Of a DNA stretch of 64,000 nt, positions 38,420 to 46,488 are shown in pieces. Source of the stretch: Planctomycetota bacterium (lineage in GTDB: Bacteria; Planctomycetota; UBA1135; UBA2386). A program made the position numbers and the translations under genes. The stretch spans positions 448,001 to 512,000 of the forward strand of contig OZ245006.1 of assembly GCA_965223545.1 (NCBI GenBank), given 5' to 3'. The notes under the pieces are model-generated. The model was not told the origin of the DNA, searched no databases, and saw only the letters and a program-made list of their open reading frames with translations. Each line of letters begins with the position of its first letter. The first letter of the stretch is position 1.

Positions 38420-39792
38420 CCGTGGAGCCCATCCTCGACAGCACGGCCGCGACCCTCGACTTCGTCTGGTTCGCGCAGCTCGCACTGCTGCCGCCACTCG
38501 TCTTCGGCGCACTCGTCGTTCACTCCAGGCGCCCGCGGGCAGCGACCCGCGCGCAGCTCGCCACCGCACTGCTGGCGGCGACGATTCTGCCCTGGTGCTT
38601 TCCCGTGACCGCCGCGCCCGGTGCCGTCATGCTCGACGTGCGCGCGGACTTCGCCGCCAGTGTGCTCGCGCGCGCGCCCGGCGCGCCGGTCGCCGCCGCG
38701 TCAGGCCTGGCCGGCTGGCAGCTGGTCTGGCTGACGGGGATCGGCCTGCTGCTGGTCCGCTTCGCCATTGGCTTGTTCGCGGTCCGCCGCCGGCTGCGCG
38801 CGACGGACCGAGCCCCCTCCTCACTGGCGCGGTGCGTTGCCGCGCTGGCCGACGAGCTGCGCGTGTCGCCCCCCGCGGTGCGGGTCGCCACCACCCCGCT
38901 GGGCCCGGCGATCTACTGCGCACCGCGACCCGTGCTGGTCGTGCCCTGCACTCTGCTCGCGGAACTCGACGCACCGGGAACCGAGACGGTGTTGCTGCAC
39001 GAGCTCGCCCACCTGCGCCGCCGCGACCACTGGCTGCGCGCAATCGCGGGCACGGCGTGCACGCTGGCGTGGTGGAACCCGCTGCTCTGGGGTCTGCGCC
39101 GCGCGCTTCACCGCGCCGGCGAAGAGGGCGCCGACGCCTGGGTCGCGCAGCTCCGGCCCGCCCAGCGCGAAGCCTACGCGCGCTCCCTGCTGGCGTTGCA
39201 AGGCACGGCGGCCGGCGCCACCCCGCGGTTGGCCTTGCCCGCGCTGTCGAGACCCGCACGCGCACTCGCCGCCCGCATCCGCGCGCTGTTTGGCGTCCCC
39301 CGGCCGACCAGCTCGATCGCGGGCTTGGCCCTGACCGCCGTGTTCGTCTGGGCCACGACGACGGTCGGTTGGCTGGCGGTGCAGACCACGGCGCCCACGA
39401 CCAACACCCTCGACGGCGAGTACGCCCCGGTGATGGGCCTGCGGCCCTGGCTGGCGCGCACCTGGATCCGGCTCGAGGGCGAGACCCGCGACGAGCTGCT
39501 CGACACCTACATCGCCACCCTGCAGCACGGCGCCACGCCCCGGGTTCGGCGCGACGCCGCCGACGACCTCGGCAATCTGTTCGAGCGCGGCAGCCCGGCG
39601 CTGCCGGCGCTGCTGCACGCGCTGCGCGACGACCCCTCGCCATCCGTGCGCGGTCAGGCCATCGATGCGATCGGTCGCATCGGCCCACACGCGATTCAAC
39701 GAGCCCGGCCCGCGTTGCGCCGCGCGTTGCGCGCCGACCCCGCGCCGCGCGTCCGCCGCGCCGCCGAAGACGCGCTGCGCCGCGATCCCTGA
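38416..39792 (+). CDS. M56 (BlaR1/MecR1) membrane metallopeptidase with C-terminal HEAT repeats
   Basis: ATGA coupling; LLHELAHLRRRD, WWNPL, EEGAD; C-terminal VRRDAADDLG, VRGQAIDAIG, VRRAA repeats. Confidence 0.92.
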   Translation: MTVEPILDSTAATLDFVWFAQLALLPPLVFGALVVHSRRPRAATRAQLATALLAATILPWCFPVTAAPGAVMLDVRADFAASVLARAPGAPVAAASGLAGWQLVWLTGIGLLLVRFAIGLFAVRRRLRATDRAPSSLARCVAALADELRVSPPAVRVATTPLGPAIYCAPRPVLVVPCTLLAELDAPGTETVLLHELAHLRRRDHWLRAIAGTACTLAWWNPLLWGLRRALHRAGEEGADAWVAQLRPAQREAYARSLLALQGTAAGATPRLALPALSRPARALAARIRALFGVPRPTSSIAGLALTAVFVWATTTVGWLAVQTTAPTTNTLDGEYAPVMGLRPWLARTWIRLEGETRDELLDTYIATLQHGATPRVRRDAADDLGNLFERGSPALPALLHALRDDPSPSVRGQAIDAIGRIGPHAIQRARPALRRALRADPAPRVRRAAEDALRRDP

Positions 39793-39806
39793 TCGGCGCG
39801 ACGCCG

Positions 39807-40358
39807 TCATCCGCCGCGCCGCAGCTGCTGGCCGAGCGCCACCAGCGCGCGGCCGAGCAGCTTGCGCGTCGCCGCCTCGCTGCGGCCGAGCTGGGCGCCG
39901 ATCTCCGCGTGGCTGAGGCCGACGATCCGGTGCAGGGTGATCACCTCGCGGTGGTCCTCGCTCAGGGCGTCGAACGCGCGCTCCAGCCGATCGACATCCT
40001 CGCGCGCACCGGCGATGCGGCTCGGCGTGCCCAGATCGCAGTAGTCGGCGTGCGCCGCGGTGTCCAACGGCGCCCGCCGCGCCGCGTCGCGCTGCTCGCG
40101 GTGATGGAAGCGATGCCGGTTGCGGATCTTGGTCAGGGCGGCGCGGAACAGCCAGCTGACGAACTCACGCTCGCTGCGCACCTCGAAGGACGCGCCGCCC
40201 TCCAACAGCTCCCGACAAACCGACTGCGCCAAGTCCATCGACGACTCCAGCGCCCGCAGCTCGGGGCCGAGTCGCAGGCGCAAGAACGCCCGCAGGCGCG
40301 GCACATACTCGCCGAGGAGCTGTGCCACCTCCTCCGGACCGGGTTGCCGGGACACCAT
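39807..40358 (-). CDS. ECF sigma-70 factor
   Basis: DLAQSV, SWLFRAA..KIR, LSEDHREVITL...GLSHAEIG..LGRS. Confidence 0.92.
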   Translation of the reverse strand: MVSRQPGPEEVAQLLGEYVPRLRAFLRLRLGPELRALESSMDLAQSVCRELLEGGASFEVRSEREFVSWLFRAALTKIRNRHRFHHREQRDAARRAPLDTAAHADYCDLGTPSRIAGAREDVDRLERAFDALSEDHREVITLHRIVGLSHAEIGAQLGRSEAATRKLLGRALVALGQQLRRGG

Positions 40359-40379
40359 TGGAGGGTCCAGGATAGCCCG

Positions 40380-41210
40380 TCAGGCGCGCGCCGCGCGCAG
40401 CAGCACTTGGGCTAGCGCGAGCGGATGCGAGAAGAACGGTGAGTGGTCGGTGTCCAGGCGGAAGACACCAGCACAGGGCAGTGCCGCCTGCATCTGCGCC
40501 TGCAACGCCGGCGTGATCGCCTGGTCGTAGGTGGTCTCGACGTAGTAGCGCGGGACGCTGCCGTAGTTCGTGTCGGTCAGGTAGAGCGGGGTGACGATGG
40601 GCAGGAGCGGATTGACCGTCAGCGTGGCGCGCGCCAGCGCGATCGCCGGCGCGGGCGACCGGCCGTAGAACGCCGCGTCGATCACGGAGCGGTCGATGTC
40701 GAGCGTGCCCGGCCCGGGGATCAAGTTGCGCCCGACGAGGGACTGCGGGTCTTGCAGCGCCAGGTCCAACATCGAGCTGCCCGACGGAACCAAGAAGGCC
40801 GCGAGGTAGACCAGCCGCTCGACCATGGCGGGCCGCGCCTCGGCGACCGTGGAGATGACGATGCCTCCCATGCTGTGACCGACCAGAACGACAGGCTCGG
40901 TCAGGGTGTCGAGGTAGTCGACCACCGGCTGGGTGTAGTCGTTGAGCGTCACCGATGCGGGATCGCGCTTGTCGATTCCGTGCGACGCCAGGTCCATCAC
41001 CGAGACCCGCTGGCCGGCGGCCTCGAGCAACGCCTGCACTTGGTGCCAGCACCAGGCCCCGTGCCATGCGCCGTGGATCAGAACGAAATGGTCGCTCGAC
41101 GACGGCGCCGGGGCCGGGGCCGGCGCGGCTTGCGGCAGGGCGGGCAGCGGAGCGGTACCGGTAGCGGCGGCGACGACGAGGGCTGCGAGGGCGCGGCGAG
41201 AGAGATTCAT
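40380..41210 (-). CDS. Secreted alpha/beta hydrolase (methylesterase/SABP2-like)
   Basis: Signal peptide with SRR (possible Tat); FVLIHGAWHGAWCW, GHSMGG, DHSPF. Confidence 0.9.
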   Translation of the reverse strand: MNLSRRALAALVVAAATGTAPLPALPQAAPAPAPAPSSSDHFVLIHGAWHGAWCWHQVQALLEAAGQRVSVMDLASHGIDKRDPASVTLNDYTQPVVDYLDTLTEPVVLVGHSMGGIVISTVAEARPAMVERLVYLAAFLVPSGSSMLDLALQDPQSLVGRNLIPGPGTLDIDRSVIDAAFYGRSPAPAIALARATLTVNPLLPIVTPLYLTDTNYGSVPRYYVETTYDQAITPALQAQMQAALPCAGVFRLDTDHSPFFSHPLALAQVLLRAARA

Positions 41211-41334
41211 GATTGCGTTTCCTTTGCGTTGGGTTCTTGGCTTGGCGCACCGCTCGCGGCGCGCACCAGGGGAGGGCCGGCCGCCCGATCCGCGTGACGC
41301 ACCAAATCGGCGATTCGCGTATCGTTCCGCGGTC

Positions 41335-44300
41335 GTGCGCCCCCCGGACCGAACCGAGCCCGACGCCACGGGCCTGCCCGAGCCGCTCGAGCAACTCTGC
41401 TACGACACCCTGCTCGGCGCGGGCGAAGAAGCCGAGCGGCGCACCGAGCAGCTCTGCGCCGACCACCCCGAACACACCACCGCCATCCGCGCGCTGGCTG
41501 CCGAGCTCGGCTTCAGCGATCGCCTGCTGAACGGCATGCTGGCCGATGCCGGCGACGAAGCAGTGCCGGCGCGCATCGGCAACTACCGAATCGAAGAACG
41601 CATCGGCGCAGGCGGCTTCGGCACGGTGTACCGGGCCCGTCAGCAGGAGCCGGTCGAGCGCGAAGTCGCACTGAAGGTGCTCCGCAGCGGCGCGCTCAGC
41701 GAGCGCGCCATTCGCCGGTTCTCGGTGGAGCGGCAGGCCCTGGCCCGGATGCAGCACGCCAACATCGCGCGCGTGTTCGACGCCGGTGTGGCCCCGACTG
41801 GCCATCCCTTCCTGGCGATGGAGCTGGTCTGCGGCGAGCCGATCACCGATTACTGCGACGCGCACGGGCTCGGCGTCGATGCCCGCTTGGCGCTGGTCAT
41901 CTCCGTTTGCGCCGGCGTCGTGCACGCCCACCAGCGCGGCATCGTGCACCGCGACATCAAGCCCTCCAACGTGCTCGTCGTCGACGACCACGAAGGCCCG
42001 CGGCCGATGATCATCGACTTCGGCCTCGCCAAAGCCATGGCGCACGACCTCGGCTCGACGGCTACGCTGACGATCGACGGCGGCTTCGTCGGAACCCCCG
42101 CCTACACCAGCCCCGAGCAGGCCGCCGGGGCGCCGGTCGACACCCGCGCCGACGTGCACGCGCTCGGCCTGCTGTTGTTCGAGTTGCTCACCGGAGACCT
42201 TCCACACGGCAGTGAGCGCCTGCGCTCGAGCTCGTTGACCGAGGCGCTGCGCATCGTGCGAGAAGAAGAGCCGCGCAGCGCCAGCCGCGCGGTCACGCGC
42301 GAGGCGGCCAGCCGCCGCGGGACCACCGAGCAGCGGCTCGCACGCCGCCTGCGCGGCGATCTCGACGTGATCGTCCGGCACGCCTTGGAACGCGAGCCCG
42401 ACCGCCGCTACCCATCCGCGTCCGCGCTGCTCGAGGACGTCGATCGCCATCGCCGCGGCCTGCCGATCGCCGCCCGGCGGCCGACCTTCTCGTACGTGAT
42501 CGCCAAGCTCGCACGCCGCCATCGCACTGCCTGCACGCTCGCCGCGCTGCTGATCGCGGCCGTACTCCTCGGCGGCGCCGCCGTCGTGAGGGGCTCGCTC
42601 CGCCTCGCCGCGGCCCAGCGCGACGCGGACTGGAACAGCTACGCGGTCAACATCACCGCCGCGCGCCTCGCCCTCGACGCCGGCCACGGCAGCAACGCCA
42701 TCGATCTGTTGGCCGCGACCGATCCAGTCCTGCGCGGCTGGGAGCACGACCTCCTGCGCCGGGCGGCGGACGATGCACTGCGGCACTGGCCCGTTCCTCA
42801 TGAGGTGTGGGCAATCGACTGGGTCGACCCCGACACGCTGGTGGTTGCCTACCGCAACGGACGCGTCGAGCTGCGCGATGCCACGACCGGCGAAGCGACG
42901 GCGACGATCACCCCCGCCGCCGACCGCTTGACGGGGTTTGCCATGCTCGGGGACGGCTCTGCGCTGGCAGTCCGCCAAGAGGACGACGCGAACGCCGTGC
43001 AGTTGCTCGATCTTGGCGGAGTCGGTCGTCCGCGCACCTTGCTGCAGAGCTCACGGGCAATCGACGCCATCGCCGGCGACCAAAGGGGTCGCTTCGCCGC
43101 GGCGCGCACCGATGGCTTGTGGGTCGGTGCAGTGGACCCGGGCGTGTCGCCGACGCGATGGCCGAGCCCCGGCAACAAGGTGACCGCGCTCGTGTTCGAT
43201 CCGCACGGTGACAGCCTGCTGGCGGGCACGCAGCGCGGCGACCTCTTGACGATCTCCGCCAGCGGCCCGCAGCGGCTGGCCCCTGCCGGTGTGCTGAACA
43301 CCAAGGTCTCGCAGCTGGCGATCGACACCGATCGCCAGCTCTTGCTGGCCGCGGGTCGCCACCGCCTGGTCGCGCTCGATCTGGCGAGCGGCGCGTTGAG
43401 ATACGCGACGCCGACGCCGGGGCCGATCGTCGCCATGCAGGCCGATCCGCGCCGCGGCGTGCTGTTTGCCGCCGGCGGCTGGGGACGCGCGATGGTCGCG
43501 GCCTGGAAGATCGAGACTGGCGAGCGGCTGGGGCTGTTCGACGGGCATCGCTTCGGGGTCTACGCGATCGCCCTGTCGCCGGACGGGAAGCGGCTGGCGA
43601 CCGGCGGACTCGACGACTCGGTGCGGCTCTGGGATCCGATGCCCCGACCCGACGCACAAACGCACCCCCTGGGCCTCGACGTCCGCGACCTGGTCACGGA
43701 TCCGGACGTGCGCCACCTCGCGTACTGCAACATGGACGGCGAAACCGTGGTCCGCTCGCTGCCGGACCTCGAGGTCCGCATGGCCCGGGACTCCGTCGAC
43801 GAGAACACGTCGGGTGAGCGCTACGCCCTGACCGCGACCCACCTGTTCGTCGTCGGTTGGGACGGAGTGCTCCGCAAGATCGACCCCGCGGCCGGCACCA
43901 TCGACTCCCGGCGCCAGTTGGTGGACAAGGGCTTGCGCGTCAACGGCGTGGCCGCCAACTCCGACGGCTCTCGCCTGGTGGTCAGCAGCTATGAGACCAA
44001 CGCGCTGTACCTGCTGAAGAGCCAGGGGCTCGAGCTGCTGTGGCAGCACGACGTCCCCGAGGATCACGAGCGCCCGAAGGAGGCGTGGTTCGCCCCGGAC
44101 GGGGTCCACGTCGTGTGCAGCTACTACGGCGGCGAATTCGAAGTGTTCGCGCCGGACGGCCGCGTCCGCGCCCGCACGACCCTGCCCGACACCGTCCACG
44201 ACGTGGCGTGGTCGCGATCCGGCGAGGACCTCGTCCTCGCGGTCGGCGACGGCACCGTCCGCGTGCTGGCGTGGGACACCCTGTCGCCGCGGCGCCAGTT

Positions 44301-44559
44301 CACTCCGCACAACCTGGCCGCGTTCACCATTGCGGTATCGCACGACGGCCGAAGGCTCGCGAGCTGGGGTCCCGGCGACGGCGTGCGCGTTCACGACTAC
44401 GCCACCGGGACACCGCTGTTGACCCTGCCGACGGTCGAGCCCAACGGCCACGATCTGTGCTGGTCCGCCGACGATCGCCAGCTGTTCGGGCTCGCGCAGG
44501 CGTGGGACACGCCCTGCCACTTGATCCTGTGGGACGCCGGCGCCGCCGCCGCACGGTAG
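41335..44559 (+). CDS. Ser/Thr protein kinase with a hydrophobic segment and WD40 repeats
   Basis: IGAGGFG, VALK, HRDIKPSN, DFG, GTPAYTSPEQ; WD40 repeats (LATGGLDDSVRLWD). Start approximate. Confidence 0.93.
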   Translation: MRPPDRTEPDATGLPEPLEQLCYDTLLGAGEEAERRTEQLCADHPEHTTAIRALAAELGFSDRLLNGMLADAGDEAVPARIGNYRIEERIGAGGFGTVYRARQQEPVEREVALKVLRSGALSERAIRRFSVERQALARMQHANIARVFDAGVAPTGHPFLAMELVCGEPITDYCDAHGLGVDARLALVISVCAGVVHAHQRGIVHRDIKPSNVLVVDDHEGPRPMIIDFGLAKAMAHDLGSTATLTIDGGFVGTPAYTSPEQAAGAPVDTRADVHALGLLLFELLTGDLPHGSERLRSSSLTEALRIVREEEPRSASRAVTREAASRRGTTEQRLARRLRGDLDVIVRHALEREPDRRYPSASALLEDVDRHRRGLPIAARRPTFSYVIAKLARRHRTACTLAALLIAAVLLGGAAVVRGSLRLAAAQRDADWNSYAVNITAARLALDAGHGSNAIDLLAATDPVLRGWEHDLLRRAADDALRHWPVPHEVWAIDWVDPDTLVVAYRNGRVELRDATTGEATATITPAADRLTGFAMLGDGSALAVRQEDDANAVQLLDLGGVGRPRTLLQSSRAIDAIAGDQRGRFAAARTDGLWVGAVDPGVSPTRWPSPGNKVTALVFDPHGDSLLAGTQRGDLLTISASGPQRLAPAGVLNTKVSQLAIDTDRQLLLAAGRHRLVALDLASGALRYATPTPGPIVAMQADPRRGVLFAAGGWGRAMVAAWKIETGERLGLFDGHRFGVYAIALSPDGKRLATGGLDDSVRLWDPMPRPDAQTHPLGLDVRDLVTDPDVRHLAYCNMDGETVVRSLPDLEVRMARDSVDENTSGERYALTATHLFVVGWDGVLRKIDPAAGTIDSRRQLVDKGLRVNGVAANSDGSRLVVSSYETNALYLLKSQGLELLWQHDVPEDHERPKEAWFAPDGVHVVCSYYGGEFEVFAPDGRVRARTTLPDTVHDVAWSRSGEDLVLAVGDGTVRVLAWDTLSPRRQFTPHNLAAFTIAVSHDGRRLASWGPGDGVRVHDYATGTPLLTLPTVEPNGHDLCWSADDRQLFGLAQAWDTPCHLILWDAGAAAAR

Positions 44560-44589
44560 CTGCACCCGGGACCGTGCTACGATGCCCAC

Positions 44590-45984
44590 ATGATCCAGCT
44601 CGGCCTGACGACCTCCTTGCTCATCGCGGCCACGGCGCCACCACAGCAACCCACCGCGCCGCCAGTCGCGACGGCGGAGTTCGCCGCCCCACAACGCCTG
44701 CTCGCCGGCGAGGAGTTCGCCGGGGCCGGCCGCATGTATCCCTCCCCCGCGCTGCACGACGTCGACGGCGACGGCGACCTCGACCTGATCATCGGCGACC
44801 TGCCGGGCCGGGTCACCGTGGCGCTGCGCCAACCGGACGGCGACAACGGCCCCGTCTTCGGCGCCGAGCAACCCTTTGTCGACCGGCGCGGCGAGCAGCT
44901 CGTGTTCAACAATTGGTGATGCATCGGCATGGGTTCACAGTTCGTGGACCTCGACGCCGATGGCCACCTCGACTACTTGAGCGCCACCTTCGACGGCTCG
45001 CCCCACGTGGCCTACGGCAGCGACGAGGGGTTCAAGACCCCAGAGCACCTCCTCGACCGGGAAGGCCGGCGCATCATCATCGACTACCTCTGGGACTACG
45101 ACCTGGAGAAGCACCTCGTCGACGACCGGTCGATGGGTGCTGCCGGTGAGCGCAAGGAACGCTGCATCTCGGCGCTCGCCTTCGACTGGGACGGCGACGG
45201 CGATTTCGACCTGCTGCTGGGCAGCTACGAGAACGGGCGCCTCTACCTGCGCCGCAACGAGGGCACGCCCACCGCGCCCGCCTTCGCCGCGCTCAACGAG
45301 CCGGTCCTCGCCGGCGATTCACAATTCGCGATCCCCGGCAAGATGACCGCGCCGAAGCTGGTGGACTGGGACGGCGACGGAGATCTCGATCTACTCGCGG
45401 GCAGCTTCGGCGAAGCCGCCGACACCCCCCGCGCCGGCGCGATCTATCTCTCCCTCAATCGCGGTGCCCCCGGGGCGCCGCGCTTCGCCCCACCGTCGCC
45501 GCTGATTCCGGCCCCCACCGGCGTCGCTTCCGCCCCGGAGCGGCCGACCGACGGTTTGTACGTCGACACCGCCGACATCGATGGCGACGGCGATCTCGAC
45601 CTGGTCGTGGGCGCGTATGCCCGCTGGCAACCCCCGGGTCCGGAACTGAGCGCCGCCGACAAGGAGCGCGTCGCCGAGCTCACCGCCGAGTACGAGGCGC
45701 TGACGCTCGAGCTCCGCGCCAACGCCACCGAGATGATGCAGGACGTGGCACGCGCGACCGAAGGCCTCGAAGAGGGATCGGACGAATGGCGCGCTCGCTA
45801 CGCCGAGATCGCCAAGGCCCAGCGCGAGCTCGACAAGCCTCTGCACGCAAAGCTGCGCGCGGTGCGCGAACCGCTGCACGAGCTCGTGCCCCCGCCCAGC
45901 CGAAAGAGCTTCATCTGGTGGTTGGAGCGGATCGCTTCGGCCAACCCCGGCACGACCGCGAGCGCGGCCGCTCCTCGCCAGTAG
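44590..45984 (+). CDS. Secreted FG-GAP/VCBS repeat protein, probable selenoprotein (W-U-C), 464 aa
   Basis: ORFs 44590-44919 and 44929-45984 are in one frame, joined by TGA (44917-44919): VFNNW-U-CIGMGSQFVDLDADG. FG-GAP repeats lie on both sides. Confidence 0.8.
44922..44962 (+). promoter_or_regulatory. Putative bacterial SECIS hairpin of the FG-GAP gene
   Basis: Lower stem CATCGGC/GCCGATG, upper stem GGTTCAC/GTGGACC, apical loop AGTTC beginning 19 nt after the UGA. Confidence 0.7.
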
Positions 45985-45991
45985 TCGCCGG

Positions 45992-46456
45992 TCAGCTCTG
46001 CTGGCGCAAGCGCTGCGCCAGCGCGCGCGAGACGTCGACGAGAAACGCGCAGGCGACGTCGGGGTGCACGCTGCGCACCTGCTCGAAGCCACTGTCGGTC
46101 AGCCGGTGCGCGACCCCGTGGCTCTTGGCCGTCACCGTCGCCGTGCGCGGTCCGCCATCGATGAACGACTGCTCGCCGACCAGCGCGTAGGGCTCGATCG
46201 TCGCGACGCTCCGCGGTCCGCCGCCGTCGTCGACGGAAACTTCGAGCGTGCCCTCGACCAGGATGAACACGGCCGCGTGCGGCTCGCCCTGTCGGATCAG
46301 CACCTGACCCGGCTCGAACTCCAGCTTGTCGGTGAACCCCAGCAGCGTCGCGGAGTTGGTGTGGTCATCCACCAAGTGCTGCATCAGCTGCTCCAGCTCG
46401 CGCTCGGAGAGGAAGTAGTCGGACAGCAGCGATTCCGGTGTTTCCATGGGGCGCAA
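45992..46456 (-). CDS. Stand-alone cyclic-nucleotide-binding domain protein
   Basis: FEPGQVLIRQGE, VGEQSFIDGGPRTATV. Confidence 0.88.
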   Translation of the reverse strand: MRPMETPESLLSDYFLSERELEQLMQHLVDDHTNSATLLGFTDKLEFEPGQVLIRQGEPHAAVFILVEGTLEVSVDDGGGPRSVATIEPYALVGEQSFIDGGPRTATVTAKSHGVAHRLTDSGFEQVRSVHPDVACAFLVDVSRALAQRLRQQS

Positions 46457-46488
46457 TCTTAGGCGACACCGCTGAGAACCGGCACGTT

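Noticed and set aside
44917..44919. Alternative genetic code (TGA = Trp/Gly) or pseudogenes explaining the in-frame TGAs
   Set aside because: Many genes here end normally at TGA. Both internal TGAs sit in Cys-type motifs with downstream hairpins, favouring Sec, although a nonsense mutation cannot be excluded without homologs.
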